Origin: Patescibacteria group bacterium
Lineage (GTDB): Bacteria > Patescibacteriota > Patescibacteriia > Patescibacteriales > GWC2-42-12
Reading direction: 5' to 3'
DNA: 64,000 nt
NCBI GenBank assembly: GCA_041662965.1
Contig: JBAZRI010000001.1
Location: forward strand, 99,680-163,679
Each line of letters opens with the position of its first letter. Position 1 is the stretch's first letter. This document shows positions 34,443 through 41,525 of the stretch, one piece after another. The position numbers were made by a program, and so were the translations under genes. A model generated the notes under the pieces. That model ran no database searches, was not told where the DNA came from, and worked only from the letters and a program-made list of their open reading frames with translations.

Positions 34443-35549
34443 ATGAAAGTAGCTTTAATCCATGATCATTTGGCGCAAGACGGCGGAGCGGAAAAAGTTT
34501 TAAAAATTTTAGCCGAGATGTTTCCCGAGGCGCCGATTTATACTCTGCTTTACGAAAAGAAAAACGCGGATAAATATTATCGCCATCGCCGGATAGAGAC
34601 TTCTATTATTCAAAGGCTTCCCGGCGGCGTTACGCATTATCAGTGGTATATGCCGTTTATGCCCATGGCCGTGGAATTTTTTGATTTAAGCGGTTATGAT
34701 TTGGTAATTTCCGACTCTAGCTCATTCGCTAAAGGCGTAATTACTTCCAGCCATACTCTGCATATCTGCTACTGCCATACGCCGACGCGCTACCTTTGGA
34801 GCGATACCCATCAGTATATTCAGGAATTAAAATATAATAAGTATTTTAAAAAGGTAATTTTTTTGGTGTTGAATTATATCAGAATGTGGGACAGGCTGGC
34901 CGCCGACAGAGTTGATGAATATATCGCCAATTCGCGGTTCGTGGCCAAAAGGATAAAAAAATATTACAAAAGGGAATCGTCCGTGATTTATCCGCCGGTG
35001 GAAACGGATAAGTTTAAAATTGCCGAGCGAGCCGGCGATTATTTTTTAATCGGCGGCAGATTGGCGCCTTATAAAAGGGTGGACTTGGTCGTTGAAGCCT
35101 GCAAAAAAACCGCTAAAAAATTAAAAGTTTTCGGCGACGGCGTTGATTTGGCCAGATTGAAACAAATCGCCAACGGCGATAAAAACATAGAATTTTTGGG
35201 CTGGGTTGACGACGCGGCTAAAGCCGAGCTGTATAGCCATTGTTTAGCCTTTATTTATCCTCAAGAAGAAGATTTCGGCATTACCGCGGTAGAAGCTATG
35301 GCCTCCGGCCGGCCGGTAATCGCTTATAAGCGGGGCGGAGCCACGGAAACGGTTATAGACGGCGTTAGCGGAGTATTTTTTAACGAGCAAACCGTTGCCA
35401 GCTTGGCCGAGGCGATAAATAGTTTTGACAGCGCGAAATTTAAACCGGAAATTATAAAACAGCATGCCGAGCAATTTTCCGTCGCTAGATTTAAAGATGA
35501 AATTACTAAATATATTGAAGCATCATGGGAAAATTATAAAAATAATTAG
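34443..35549 (+). CDS. Glycosyltransferase family 4 (GT-B, group 1)
   Basis: MKVALIHDHLAQDGGAEKV at the N-terminus and a C-terminal E-x7-E-like region (PQEEDFGITAVEAMASGRPVIA). Confidence 0.8.
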   Translation: MKVALIHDHLAQDGGAEKVLKILAEMFPEAPIYTLLYEKKNADKYYRHRRIETSIIQRLPGGVTHYQWYMPFMPMAVEFFDLSGYDLVISDSSSFAKGVITSSHTLHICYCHTPTRYLWSDTHQYIQELKYNKYFKKVIFLVLNYIRMWDRLAADRVDEYIANSRFVAKRIKKYYKRESSVIYPPVETDKFKIAERAGDYFLIGGRLAPYKRVDLVVEACKKTAKKLKVFGDGVDLARLKQIANGDKNIEFLGWVDDAAKAELYSHCLAFIYPQEEDFGITAVEAMASGRPVIAYKRGGATETVIDGVSGVFFNEQTVASLAEAINSFDSAKFKPEIIKQHAEQFSVARFKDEITKYIEASWENYKNN

Positions 35550-35550
35550 A

Positions 35551-35633
35551 TGAACCCCGTTAGAAATTTTGGTTTGAAATTTTTGGGTTCAAAAAATATG
35601 GAGCAACAAAATCAGAAAATTTCTAACGGGGTG
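35551..35633. repeat. Family D hairpin repeat (gaaccccgttagaaatt ... aaatttctaacggggt), copy 1
   Basis: Inverted arms at 35551-35570 and 35615-35633. A related copy lies at 38224-38309. Confidence 0.75.
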
Positions 35634-36788
35634 AAAGTCGCCATAGATATAAGAACTCTGATGGACGCGCGCTATAGCGGCGTGTCCGAATACGCGTTTA
35701 ATTTAATAAAGGAGATTTTAAGGCTGGATAATCGTAATGAATACCGGCTTTTTTATAATTGTTTCGGCGATTGCGCTAGCATGCCGGAGTTTGCCGGTAA
35801 AAACGTAGAAGTGATAAAATATAATTATCCCAATAAAATATTAAATTATTTATTTTTTAAATTTTTTAATTATCCTAAAATAGATAAAGAGCTGGAAGCT
35901 GATATTTTTTTTATGCCGCATATAAATTTTATCGGCATGTCTTCCGCCGGAAAAAGCTTAATTACTATTCATGATTTGTCATTTTTAAGATACCCGGAGT
36001 TTTTTAGCCGGCGCAAAAATTTTTGGCATAAAATGATTAATGTTAAAAAATTGATTAAGCGGTTTGATTATGTTATAGCCGTGAGCGAACATACTAAGCG
36101 GGATATAGTGGAATTGTGCGGCATAAGTCCGGATAAAATTAAAGTGATTTATCCCGGGCTGGGCGCTGAATTCACGGACATTAAAATAGCCGGCGATAAA
36201 TCGGCGGCTATTAAGCGGAAATACGATTTGCCGGATAAATATATATTGTATTTGGGCACGGTGGAACCGAGGAAGAATGTTGACGGGATTATCAGGGCGT
36301 ATAATCAATTACGAACCTGCCTACCGGACGGGCAGGGTTACGAGTTGCGAGATTATAAATTAGTAATAGTCGGCGGCAGAGGGTGGAAATCTGAAAAAAT
36401 CTATAAAGAGCTGGAGCAGTCGGAATTTAAGGCTGACATTAAATTTTTAGGCTATGTGGACGCTGAAGATAAGGCTTATCTTTATAATTCGGCGAGCGTG
36501 TTTATTTACCCTTCATTTTATGAAGGCTTTGGCTTTCCGCCGCTTGAAGCCATGGCTTCGGGCTTGCCGGTAATAGCCAGCTATGCCGCCAGCTTGCCGG
36601 AAGTTGCCGGCGGCGCGGCGCTGATGGTCAACCCTTATAATATCAGCGAGCTGGCGCTGGCGATGCGGGAAGTTTTAACCGATGAAAATTTAAGGAATAA
36701 ATTAATCAAAAGGGGATTAGAGCAGGCTAAAAAGTTCAGCTGGGAGAAAACGGCTAAAGAGTATTTGGAAATATTAAATAGTTTATAA
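35598..36788 (+). CDS. Glycosyltransferase family 4 (GT-B, group 1)
   Basis: VKVAIDIRTL..., YLGTVEPRKN, LVIVGGRGW and PSFYEGFGFPPLEAMASGLPVIAS. The track start at 35550 translates a hairpin repeat (MNPVRNF...ISNGV). Confidence 0.8.
   Translation: MEQQNQKISNGVKVAIDIRTLMDARYSGVSEYAFNLIKEILRLDNRNEYRLFYNCFGDCASMPEFAGKNVEVIKYNYPNKILNYLFFKFFNYPKIDKELEADIFFMPHINFIGMSSAGKSLITIHDLSFLRYPEFFSRRKNFWHKMINVKKLIKRFDYVIAVSEHTKRDIVELCGISPDKIKVIYPGLGAEFTDIKIAGDKSAAIKRKYDLPDKYILYLGTVEPRKNVDGIIRAYNQLRTCLPDGQGYELRDYKLVIVGGRGWKSEKIYKELEQSEFKADIKFLGYVDAEDKAYLYNSASVFIYPSFYEGFGFPPLEAMASGLPVIASYAASLPEVAGGAALMVNPYNISELALAMREVLTDENLRNKLIKRGLEQAKKFSWEKTAKEYLEILNSL
36316..36336. repeat. Degenerate family B palindrome inside the GT4 coding sequence (in frame)
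   Basis: cctgcctaccggacgggcagg versus the consensus cctgcctgccggtaggcagg. It is translated as TCLPDGQG. Confidence 0.55.
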
Positions 36789-36793
36789 ATTAA

Positions 36794-38221
36794 ATGGCGA
36801 GAAAAAATATTTTAATAATCAGGATTTTTTTGTGGCTGATATTAGCGGTAATTATCGGCTGGTTTGGCTATATGAAAATTGTCCCTAGCGGTCAGGTTAG
36901 CTATGACTATAATTTTCTTAGACCGAATTATTTTATCGGCAAGCTTACGCCGAGTGAGAGAGTTATAATTAATAAAACGGACGCGGAGATTAAAGGCGGA
37001 CCGGTTTATTTTTCCCTGAAGACGCCGCGGAGATTTGAGCGGGCTAAAGTGACTGTAACGTTTAAAAATACTACCGCTTTCCCGATTATGGAAATCGGCC
37101 TCTTAAACAATAAAGATGCCTGGAGCTACGACCTTAAGCCTCTGCAGAATAAAATTATTGACCAGCTGTCTTTGGCTTGGCCGGCCGCGCCCGGGGAAAA
37201 TGGAGCTAGCTTGTTTCAGCGCGAAAAAAAATATGATACGGTTGATAAATTTTTGAATAATTTGCCGCCGAGAGGTGAGATCGCTTTATATAATTATAGT
37301 ATAAAAGATAATTTTTTGCTTGACGGCTATGAGCCCGGCCCAAAAAATAATTTAATTGATTATAAATTTCGCGGCTCTTACCAATTTTATACTTATGTAA
37401 AAAATGAAGAGCTTGATTACGTTTTTAATTTTATTGATTTAAATATTAATTCAGCCAGCGACCAGATTGAAATTAAAGTTTATTCTAAAGATGGCGCGGT
37501 TTATTCCGCTTACGCGGCCGATAAAAAAGCCGGCGATAGCGAGCGCCAAGCTGTTGTTAAAATAGCCGATTTGCCCGAAGGCGTTTATCGCTTTAGCGTT
37601 ATCGCCAGCGATGATGTAATAACTAAAGGCATAACTACTAAGCAAAGCCGGTTCGCTTTAATCAATAAAGTCTGGCTGGCAGAGGGCAATAAAGCCAATC
37701 TGGCCCTGTTTACTAATAGCCGGTTAATCAACGCGCAAACCATTAATCCGGCCAGCCTGGGAAAGATTAAAGCAGGCGAAGTTTTTTTAGACGTTAATGA
37801 AACTTATAAGCAGCTGTCGGTAAAAATTTCAAACCGGCCGACTAAAATAGAGTTGCCTAAAAATGATATAATTATTTCCGGCGACGGCGTTTTTAGTTTT
37901 TTGGAAAATGGCTTATTTGACCCGAGATTTAAAAATATAGACGGCAATCTGGATATCAACGGGGAAGAAATAAATTATGTTTTAACGAATTATCAGGCGC
38001 CGGTTAGCTCCGGCGGCTGGCAAACCGCCGCGGCCGAATTTGATTTGACCAAAGCTTATCAAGAGAATGGCAAATATCAATTTTTAATTTCCATTCCTTC
38101 TCTTAAGGCCGAGGAACCGGCCGCGGGCGAAATAATTATAAAGGAGATTAAAGTTGACCTTTTAGGCACCTCATTGCGGCAAAAACTTAAAAAATATTTT
38201 AGCCGGCAGCCTGCCGAATAA
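36794..38221 (+). CDS. Hypothetical membrane-anchored protein in the glycan cluster
   Basis: Single N-terminal TM plus a ~440-aa beta-rich extracytoplasmic region. No family recognised. Confidence 0.55.
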   Translation: MARKNILIIRIFLWLILAVIIGWFGYMKIVPSGQVSYDYNFLRPNYFIGKLTPSERVIINKTDAEIKGGPVYFSLKTPRRFERAKVTVTFKNTTAFPIMEIGLLNNKDAWSYDLKPLQNKIIDQLSLAWPAAPGENGASLFQREKKYDTVDKFLNNLPPRGEIALYNYSIKDNFLLDGYEPGPKNNLIDYKFRGSYQFYTYVKNEELDYVFNFIDLNINSASDQIEIKVYSKDGAVYSAYAADKKAGDSERQAVVKIADLPEGVYRFSVIASDDVITKGITTKQSRFALINKVWLAEGNKANLALFTNSRLINAQTINPASLGKIKAGEVFLDVNETYKQLSVKISNRPTKIELPKNDIIISGDGVFSFLENGLFDPRFKNIDGNLDINGEEINYVLTNYQAPVSSGGWQTAAAEFDLTKAYQENGKYQFLISIPSLKAEEPAAGEIIIKEIKVDLLGTSLRQKLKKYFSRQPAE

Positions 38222-38223
38222 TA

Positions 38224-38309
38224 TGAACCCCGTTAGAAATTACGCGTTAGCAGTTTTTCTCGCGGGTAAAATTTTAAGAATTAATGATTATGAAAATTTC
38301 TAACGAGGT
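38224..38309. repeat. Family D hairpin repeat, copy 2
   Basis: tgaaccccgttagaaatt ... gaaaatttctaacgaggt. Confidence 0.75.
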
Positions 38310-38502
38310 AAACGAGATTAAACCCAGCGGTACGAAAAATTTCATCAATGATTTTTTTCATGAATTGTTTTATGTTCTGACCGGCGCCATATTGATTTTC
38401 GCCTGTTTGGAAATTATTTGGCCGGGAATTATTTTAGCTTATTTAAATTTAAACTATGCTTTGATATTTTGGCTGATTGTTGGTATAATAATATTGTCTT
38501 AG
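38284..38502 (+). CDS. Possible small 2-TM membrane protein
   Basis: The C-terminal 50 aa form two hydrophobic helices. The N-terminus overlaps a hairpin repeat, so the start is uncertain. Confidence 0.35.
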   Translation: MIMKISNEVNEIKPSGTKNFINDFFHELFYVLTGAILIFACLEIIWPGIILAYLNLNYALIFWLIVGIIILS

Positions 38503-38552
38503 CCATTTTTATAAAAATTAGGAAATAGAGAATAAAGTTTTAAAGCCCTATT

Positions 38553-38984
38553 ATGATGAATCGGCGCAAAAATAATTATTTTAAAAAAATATTTTTAAAT
38601 CAGAAATTTTTAACCTTGCTCGGCCTGGCGGCCATTATTTTAATAAGTTTTCCCTTTGCTAAAAATACGCTTAAGCAGTATAGGATTAATAAAGAAATAA
38701 GCGAGCTTAAGCAGGAAATTTCCGGTTTGCAGAATAAAAATGTTGATTTAAAAAATTTTGTTTCCTATTTGGAATCGGATCAATTCGCCGAAGAGCAGGC
38801 CAGGCTTAATCTAGGCCTGAAAAAGCCGGGCGAAGAATTAACGGTGATAAAGACGGATGCCGGCGATACTTCGGCCGGTACCTCTTCCGGCGTTTCAATC
38901 TTTAATATTCCCGGCTATGAAAAAACAAAACCGGAAGCCAAAAAGCTTAATCCGGAAAAATGGCTGAATTATTTTTTTAAATAA
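38553..38984 (+). CDS. Septum formation initiator family protein (FtsB/DivIC-like)
   Basis: N-terminal TM, a coiled coil (INKEISELKQEISGLQNKNVDLKN), then SDQFAEEQARLNLGLKKPGEELTVI, the typical DivIC/FtsB tail. Confidence 0.7.
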   Translation: MMNRRKNNYFKKIFLNQKFLTLLGLAAIILISFPFAKNTLKQYRINKEISELKQEISGLQNKNVDLKNFVSYLESDQFAEEQARLNLGLKKPGEELTVIKTDAGDTSAGTSSGVSIFNIPGYEKTKPEAKKLNPEKWLNYFFK

Positions 38985-38985
38985 C

Positions 38986-39095
38986 TTTTGAAAACTTTTT
39001 TAGAAAAAGTTTTCAATACTTTCAAAAATTATACGGTATTAAAGAAAATTTTTATAGCGGGCAAAGCCCTACGGCCATAAAAAATTTTCTTTAAT
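38986..39095. repeat. Family C intergenic element, copy 3 (stem with compensatory changes)
   Basis: Same core agcgggcaaagccctacggcc, but the hairpin arms are attaaagaaaattttta / taaaaaattttctttaat. Confidence 0.8.
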
Positions 39096-39109
39096 AGAAT
39101 CAAGTGTAT

Positions 39110-40606
39110 ATGGAAAAAAATTTAGATGGCATAAAAAAATTAAATCCGGAAGAAATAAAGAAAAATCGCAAGATAGTATTAAGTTATATCGGGGAAAAAG
39201 ATTCGGAATCCGCTAAAGAGCAAAAAGCTCCGGCCGCGGTTGCTTCGGCTTCTAACAAGGTTGACGGGATTAAATCAAATAGAATTTCTAACTTTAAATC
39301 AAAAGTTAAGAGTATGCTAGAGAGGCCGGCGCCGGCGTTAGATAATCAGGCGGATAAAATGGAAAAAATCAAGCAGGAAGAGTCAGTTAAAAAAGAGATA
39401 GCTGAAAAGGGCAAGCTCGAAGCCGAGGAAAAATTCAAGGCCGAAGAAGCCAGGCGTTTGGAAGAAGAAAAAGTAGGGCGGGAAAAAACCGAGCAAGAAG
39501 AATCGGCCAAGAAAGAAATGGCTAAAAAATCCAAACTTCTGGCCGAGGAAAAGGCTAAAGCTGAAGAAATTAAGCGGTTAGCCGAAGAAAAAGCCGGCCG
39601 GGAGAAAGCCAAGCAGGAAGAATCAGTTAAAAAAGAGATAGCTAAAAAGTCCAAGCTCGAAGCCGAGGAAAAAGCTAAGGCTGAAGAAGCCAAAAAGTGG
39701 AGCGAGAAATTAAGGCTGGAAGAAAAAATAAAAAATGAAGAAAGAATAATTGAAGATAATAAACGTTTGGAAAAAATAAAAAGAGATGAAGAAATAAAAA
39801 GAATAAAGCAAGAAATTAAATTATCCAAGATAGCGGCCGCGAAAAAAAGAAAAATAAAACGGCAGAAAGCCATAAAACTTTTCAGAAAGAATTTAAATAA
39901 AAAATTAGGTGAATTTTTTTCTATTGTTAAGCGGAATTTTGCTTACGGGATGTTATATTTATTTTTTTCTTTAATTATCGGCTACGCGGTTTTTTGCCTG
40001 CTGGTATTAAGATTTGATAATGATGATAATATTATCGGCAGAGCGGCGCGCGTTTTACCCGTGCCAGCGGTAATTACCAGCCAAGGTATAATAAATTATT
40101 ATGATTTCCGCGATATAAAAAATAATAATTATTCTAATCTAAGTTTAGCGGGAAAAAAGAATAGTTTAGCCAAATGGGTGATTTTAAAAAATTTAAGCGG
40201 AAAATATAGTTTGCCGATTAATTCGCCCAGCGAAGCTTTTGCCGTGGCCTTCGCCGCGGACGAAGATTTTAATCAAGTGGGGCTATCCAGGATAAAAAAA
40301 ATAAGCGAGCTTTTAAAAAACGTTGATAATTTAGAGCAATTGAACAAATACGCCGATGAATATAGCGAGGTAATTTATTATGACGGCGAGAGTGCGGCGG
40401 AAAAATTCGGGCCGGCGGTTTTTAATTTAAATTCCGGCCAGATCAGCGATATAATTTTTAGCGGCGACGGCTATTATATCGCGCAATTTATTGATAATGA
40501 AAACGGGCGGTTAGGCATAAAATATCTTTTTGTCGGAGCGAAAACTTTAGATCAATATGTCGGCGAGAAATTAGCCAAGATTAAAATTTTTATATTAGCC
40601 AATTAG
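39110..40606 (+). CDS. Membrane protein with K/E-rich 40-aa tandem repeats and a C-terminal parvulin/SurA-like region (weak)
   Basis: 3 x 120-bp repeats, a central TM (MLYLFFSLIIGYAVFCLLVL), and a C-terminal GQISDIIFSGDGYYIAQFID reminiscent of PpiC-type domains. ATG at 39110; the track start at 39104 is GTG. Confidence 0.5.
   Translation: MEKNLDGIKKLNPEEIKKNRKIVLSYIGEKDSESAKEQKAPAAVASASNKVDGIKSNRISNFKSKVKSMLERPAPALDNQADKMEKIKQEESVKKEIAEKGKLEAEEKFKAEEARRLEEEKVGREKTEQEESAKKEMAKKSKLLAEEKAKAEEIKRLAEEKAGREKAKQEESVKKEIAKKSKLEAEEKAKAEEAKKWSEKLRLEEKIKNEERIIEDNKRLEKIKRDEEIKRIKQEIKLSKIAAAKKRKIKRQKAIKLFRKNLNKKLGEFFSIVKRNFAYGMLYLFFSLIIGYAVFCLLVLRFDNDDNIIGRAARVLPVPAVITSQGIINYYDFRDIKNNNYSNLSLAGKKNSLAKWVILKNLSGKYSLPINSPSEAFAVAFAADEDFNQVGLSRIKKISELLKNVDNLEQLNKYADEYSEVIYYDGESAAEKFGPAVFNLNSGQISDIIFSGDGYYIAQFIDNENGRLGIKYLFVGAKTLDQYVGEKLAKIKIFILAN
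39365..39724 (+). repeat. In-frame tandem repeat, 3 x 120 bp (KxxQEESxKKExAxKxKLxAEEKxKAEExxR...)
   Basis: Units at 39365-39484, 39485-39604 and 39605-39724 align at both the DNA and the protein level. Confidence 0.85.
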
Positions 40607-40626
40607 GAAAATCGTTTCTAAAAATA

Positions 40627-40659
40627 AAAAACCAGCCCGGTTTATAGGGCTGTTTTTTA
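40627..40659 (+). terminator. Intrinsic terminator
   Basis: Stem cagccc / gggctg flanked by an A-run and a T-run. Confidence 0.65.
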
Positions 40660-40669
40660 TTGATTTATG

Positions 40670-40742
40670 AGCCGATGGTCGGGATTGAACCGACAACCTA
40701 TGGTTTACGATACCATTGCTCTACCAGTTGAGCTACATCGGC
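40670..40742 (-). tRNA. tRNA-Thr (anticodon CGT)
   Basis: Manual fold of the reverse complement: acceptor GCCGATG/CATCGGC, D-stem GCTC/GAGC, anticodon stem ATGGT/ACCAT with loop ATCGTAA, T-arm GTCGG-TTCAATC-CCGAC, discriminator T. No CCA. Confidence 0.9.
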
Positions 40743-40846
40743 GCTCTTTATCCGGAGCCTTATAGCGCGTAGTACGCGGCTCCAATATTTTACTTTATAA
40801 ATACTTGCCCCCGGAGCATAAGCGCAGGGGGAGCTACATCGGCGCT
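40730..40846. repeat. 16-nt direct repeats (gagctacatcggcgct) bracketing an 85-bp insert at the 5' end of tRNA-Thr
   Basis: The copies lie at 40730-40745 (part of the tRNA) and 40831-40846. The insert spans 40746-40830 and contains two GC hairpins. Confidence 0.85.
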
Positions 40847-40884
40847 TTTTATTTAAGCCTTATAAAATGCTATCTCGGCAAGTT

Positions 40885-41217
40885 TTAAACTATATCATAT
40901 CTGGGAATAATATCAATAGCCGGCTCTTCGTAAGGGTGGGCTTTTTTAATTTCAGCAACTGCTTTTTCCACTAGATTTTTACGGCAGATGACCTGGATTA
41001 ATTCTTCTTCAACTTTTTCAATCCGGCCGATTTTACCGATAGCCGGCCGCGCGCCCTTTATCGGCTTAAAGCGGCCGATCTGCCTGATGGAACCGCTGCA
41101 AAATTCATAATTTCCCTGGATGCCGGCGCCGGCGCGGCTTAAAGCTTGGCGGATTTTTTCCGCTGATGAAACCGGCACGCTGACTTGAATTTTTACATAT
41201 TTGGATTGTTTAAGCAT
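40885..41217 (-). CDS. Stand-alone NIF3/YqfO-type PII-like cap domain protein
   Basis: VKIQVSVP...IRQALSRAGAGIQGNYEFCSGS...GRFKPIKGARPAIGKIGRIEKVEEELIQVI...IKKAHPYEEPAIDIIP matches the insert domain of NIF3-family proteins as I recall it. Confidence 0.65.
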   Translation of the reverse strand: MLKQSKYVKIQVSVPVSSAEKIRQALSRAGAGIQGNYEFCSGSIRQIGRFKPIKGARPAIGKIGRIEKVEEELIQVICRKNLVEKAVAEIKKAHPYEEPAIDIIPRYDIV

Positions 41218-41219
41218 AT

Positions 41220-41339
41220 GAGCGGGTAACGGGAACCCGCCTGCGCGCGAGACTGCGGCGGGCGAGAGCCGGAATAATTGCGGCTTATCTAATATTTATC
41301 CTGCGGAGCATAAGCCAAACAGGGAGCGGGTAACGGGAA
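41220..41339. repeat. 16-nt direct repeats (gagcgggtaacgggaa) bracketing an 88-bp insert at the 3' end of tRNA-Gly
   Basis: The copies lie at 41220-41235 and 41324-41339 (part of the tRNA). The insert at 41236-41323 shares ggagcataagc...agg and a gagcc/ggctc hairpin with the tRNA-Thr insert. Confidence 0.85.
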
Positions 41340-41395
41340 TCGGACCCGTGCCTAAACCTTGGGAAGGTCTCGTACTGCCATTATACTATACCCGC
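41325..41395 (-). tRNA. tRNA-Gly (anticodon CCC)
   Basis: Manual fold: acceptor GCGGGTA/TACCCGC, anticodon stem AGACC/GGTTT with loop TTCCCAA, T-arm ACGGG-TCCGATT-CCCGT, discriminator T. No CCA. Confidence 0.85.
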
Positions 41396-41486
41396 AATGA
41401 TAATTTTCAAATCCCAATGACCAATTTTCAATGAATGATTAAATTAATAAATTTTCAATTGTTAGTCCTGCCTTGTGCAGGGAAAA

Positions 41487-41516
41487 TTGAAAATTCATCT
41501 TTAAGTATGCTATAAT
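41487..41516 (+). promoter_or_regulatory. Candidate promoter TTGAAA-18 nt-(TGc)TATAAT, 9 nt upstream of the ATG
   Basis: TTGAAA at 41487-41492 and TATAAT at 41511-41516 with an upstream TG. The ATG at 41526 implies a very short or absent leader. Confidence 0.45.
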
Positions 41517-41525
41517 TATATTTGT

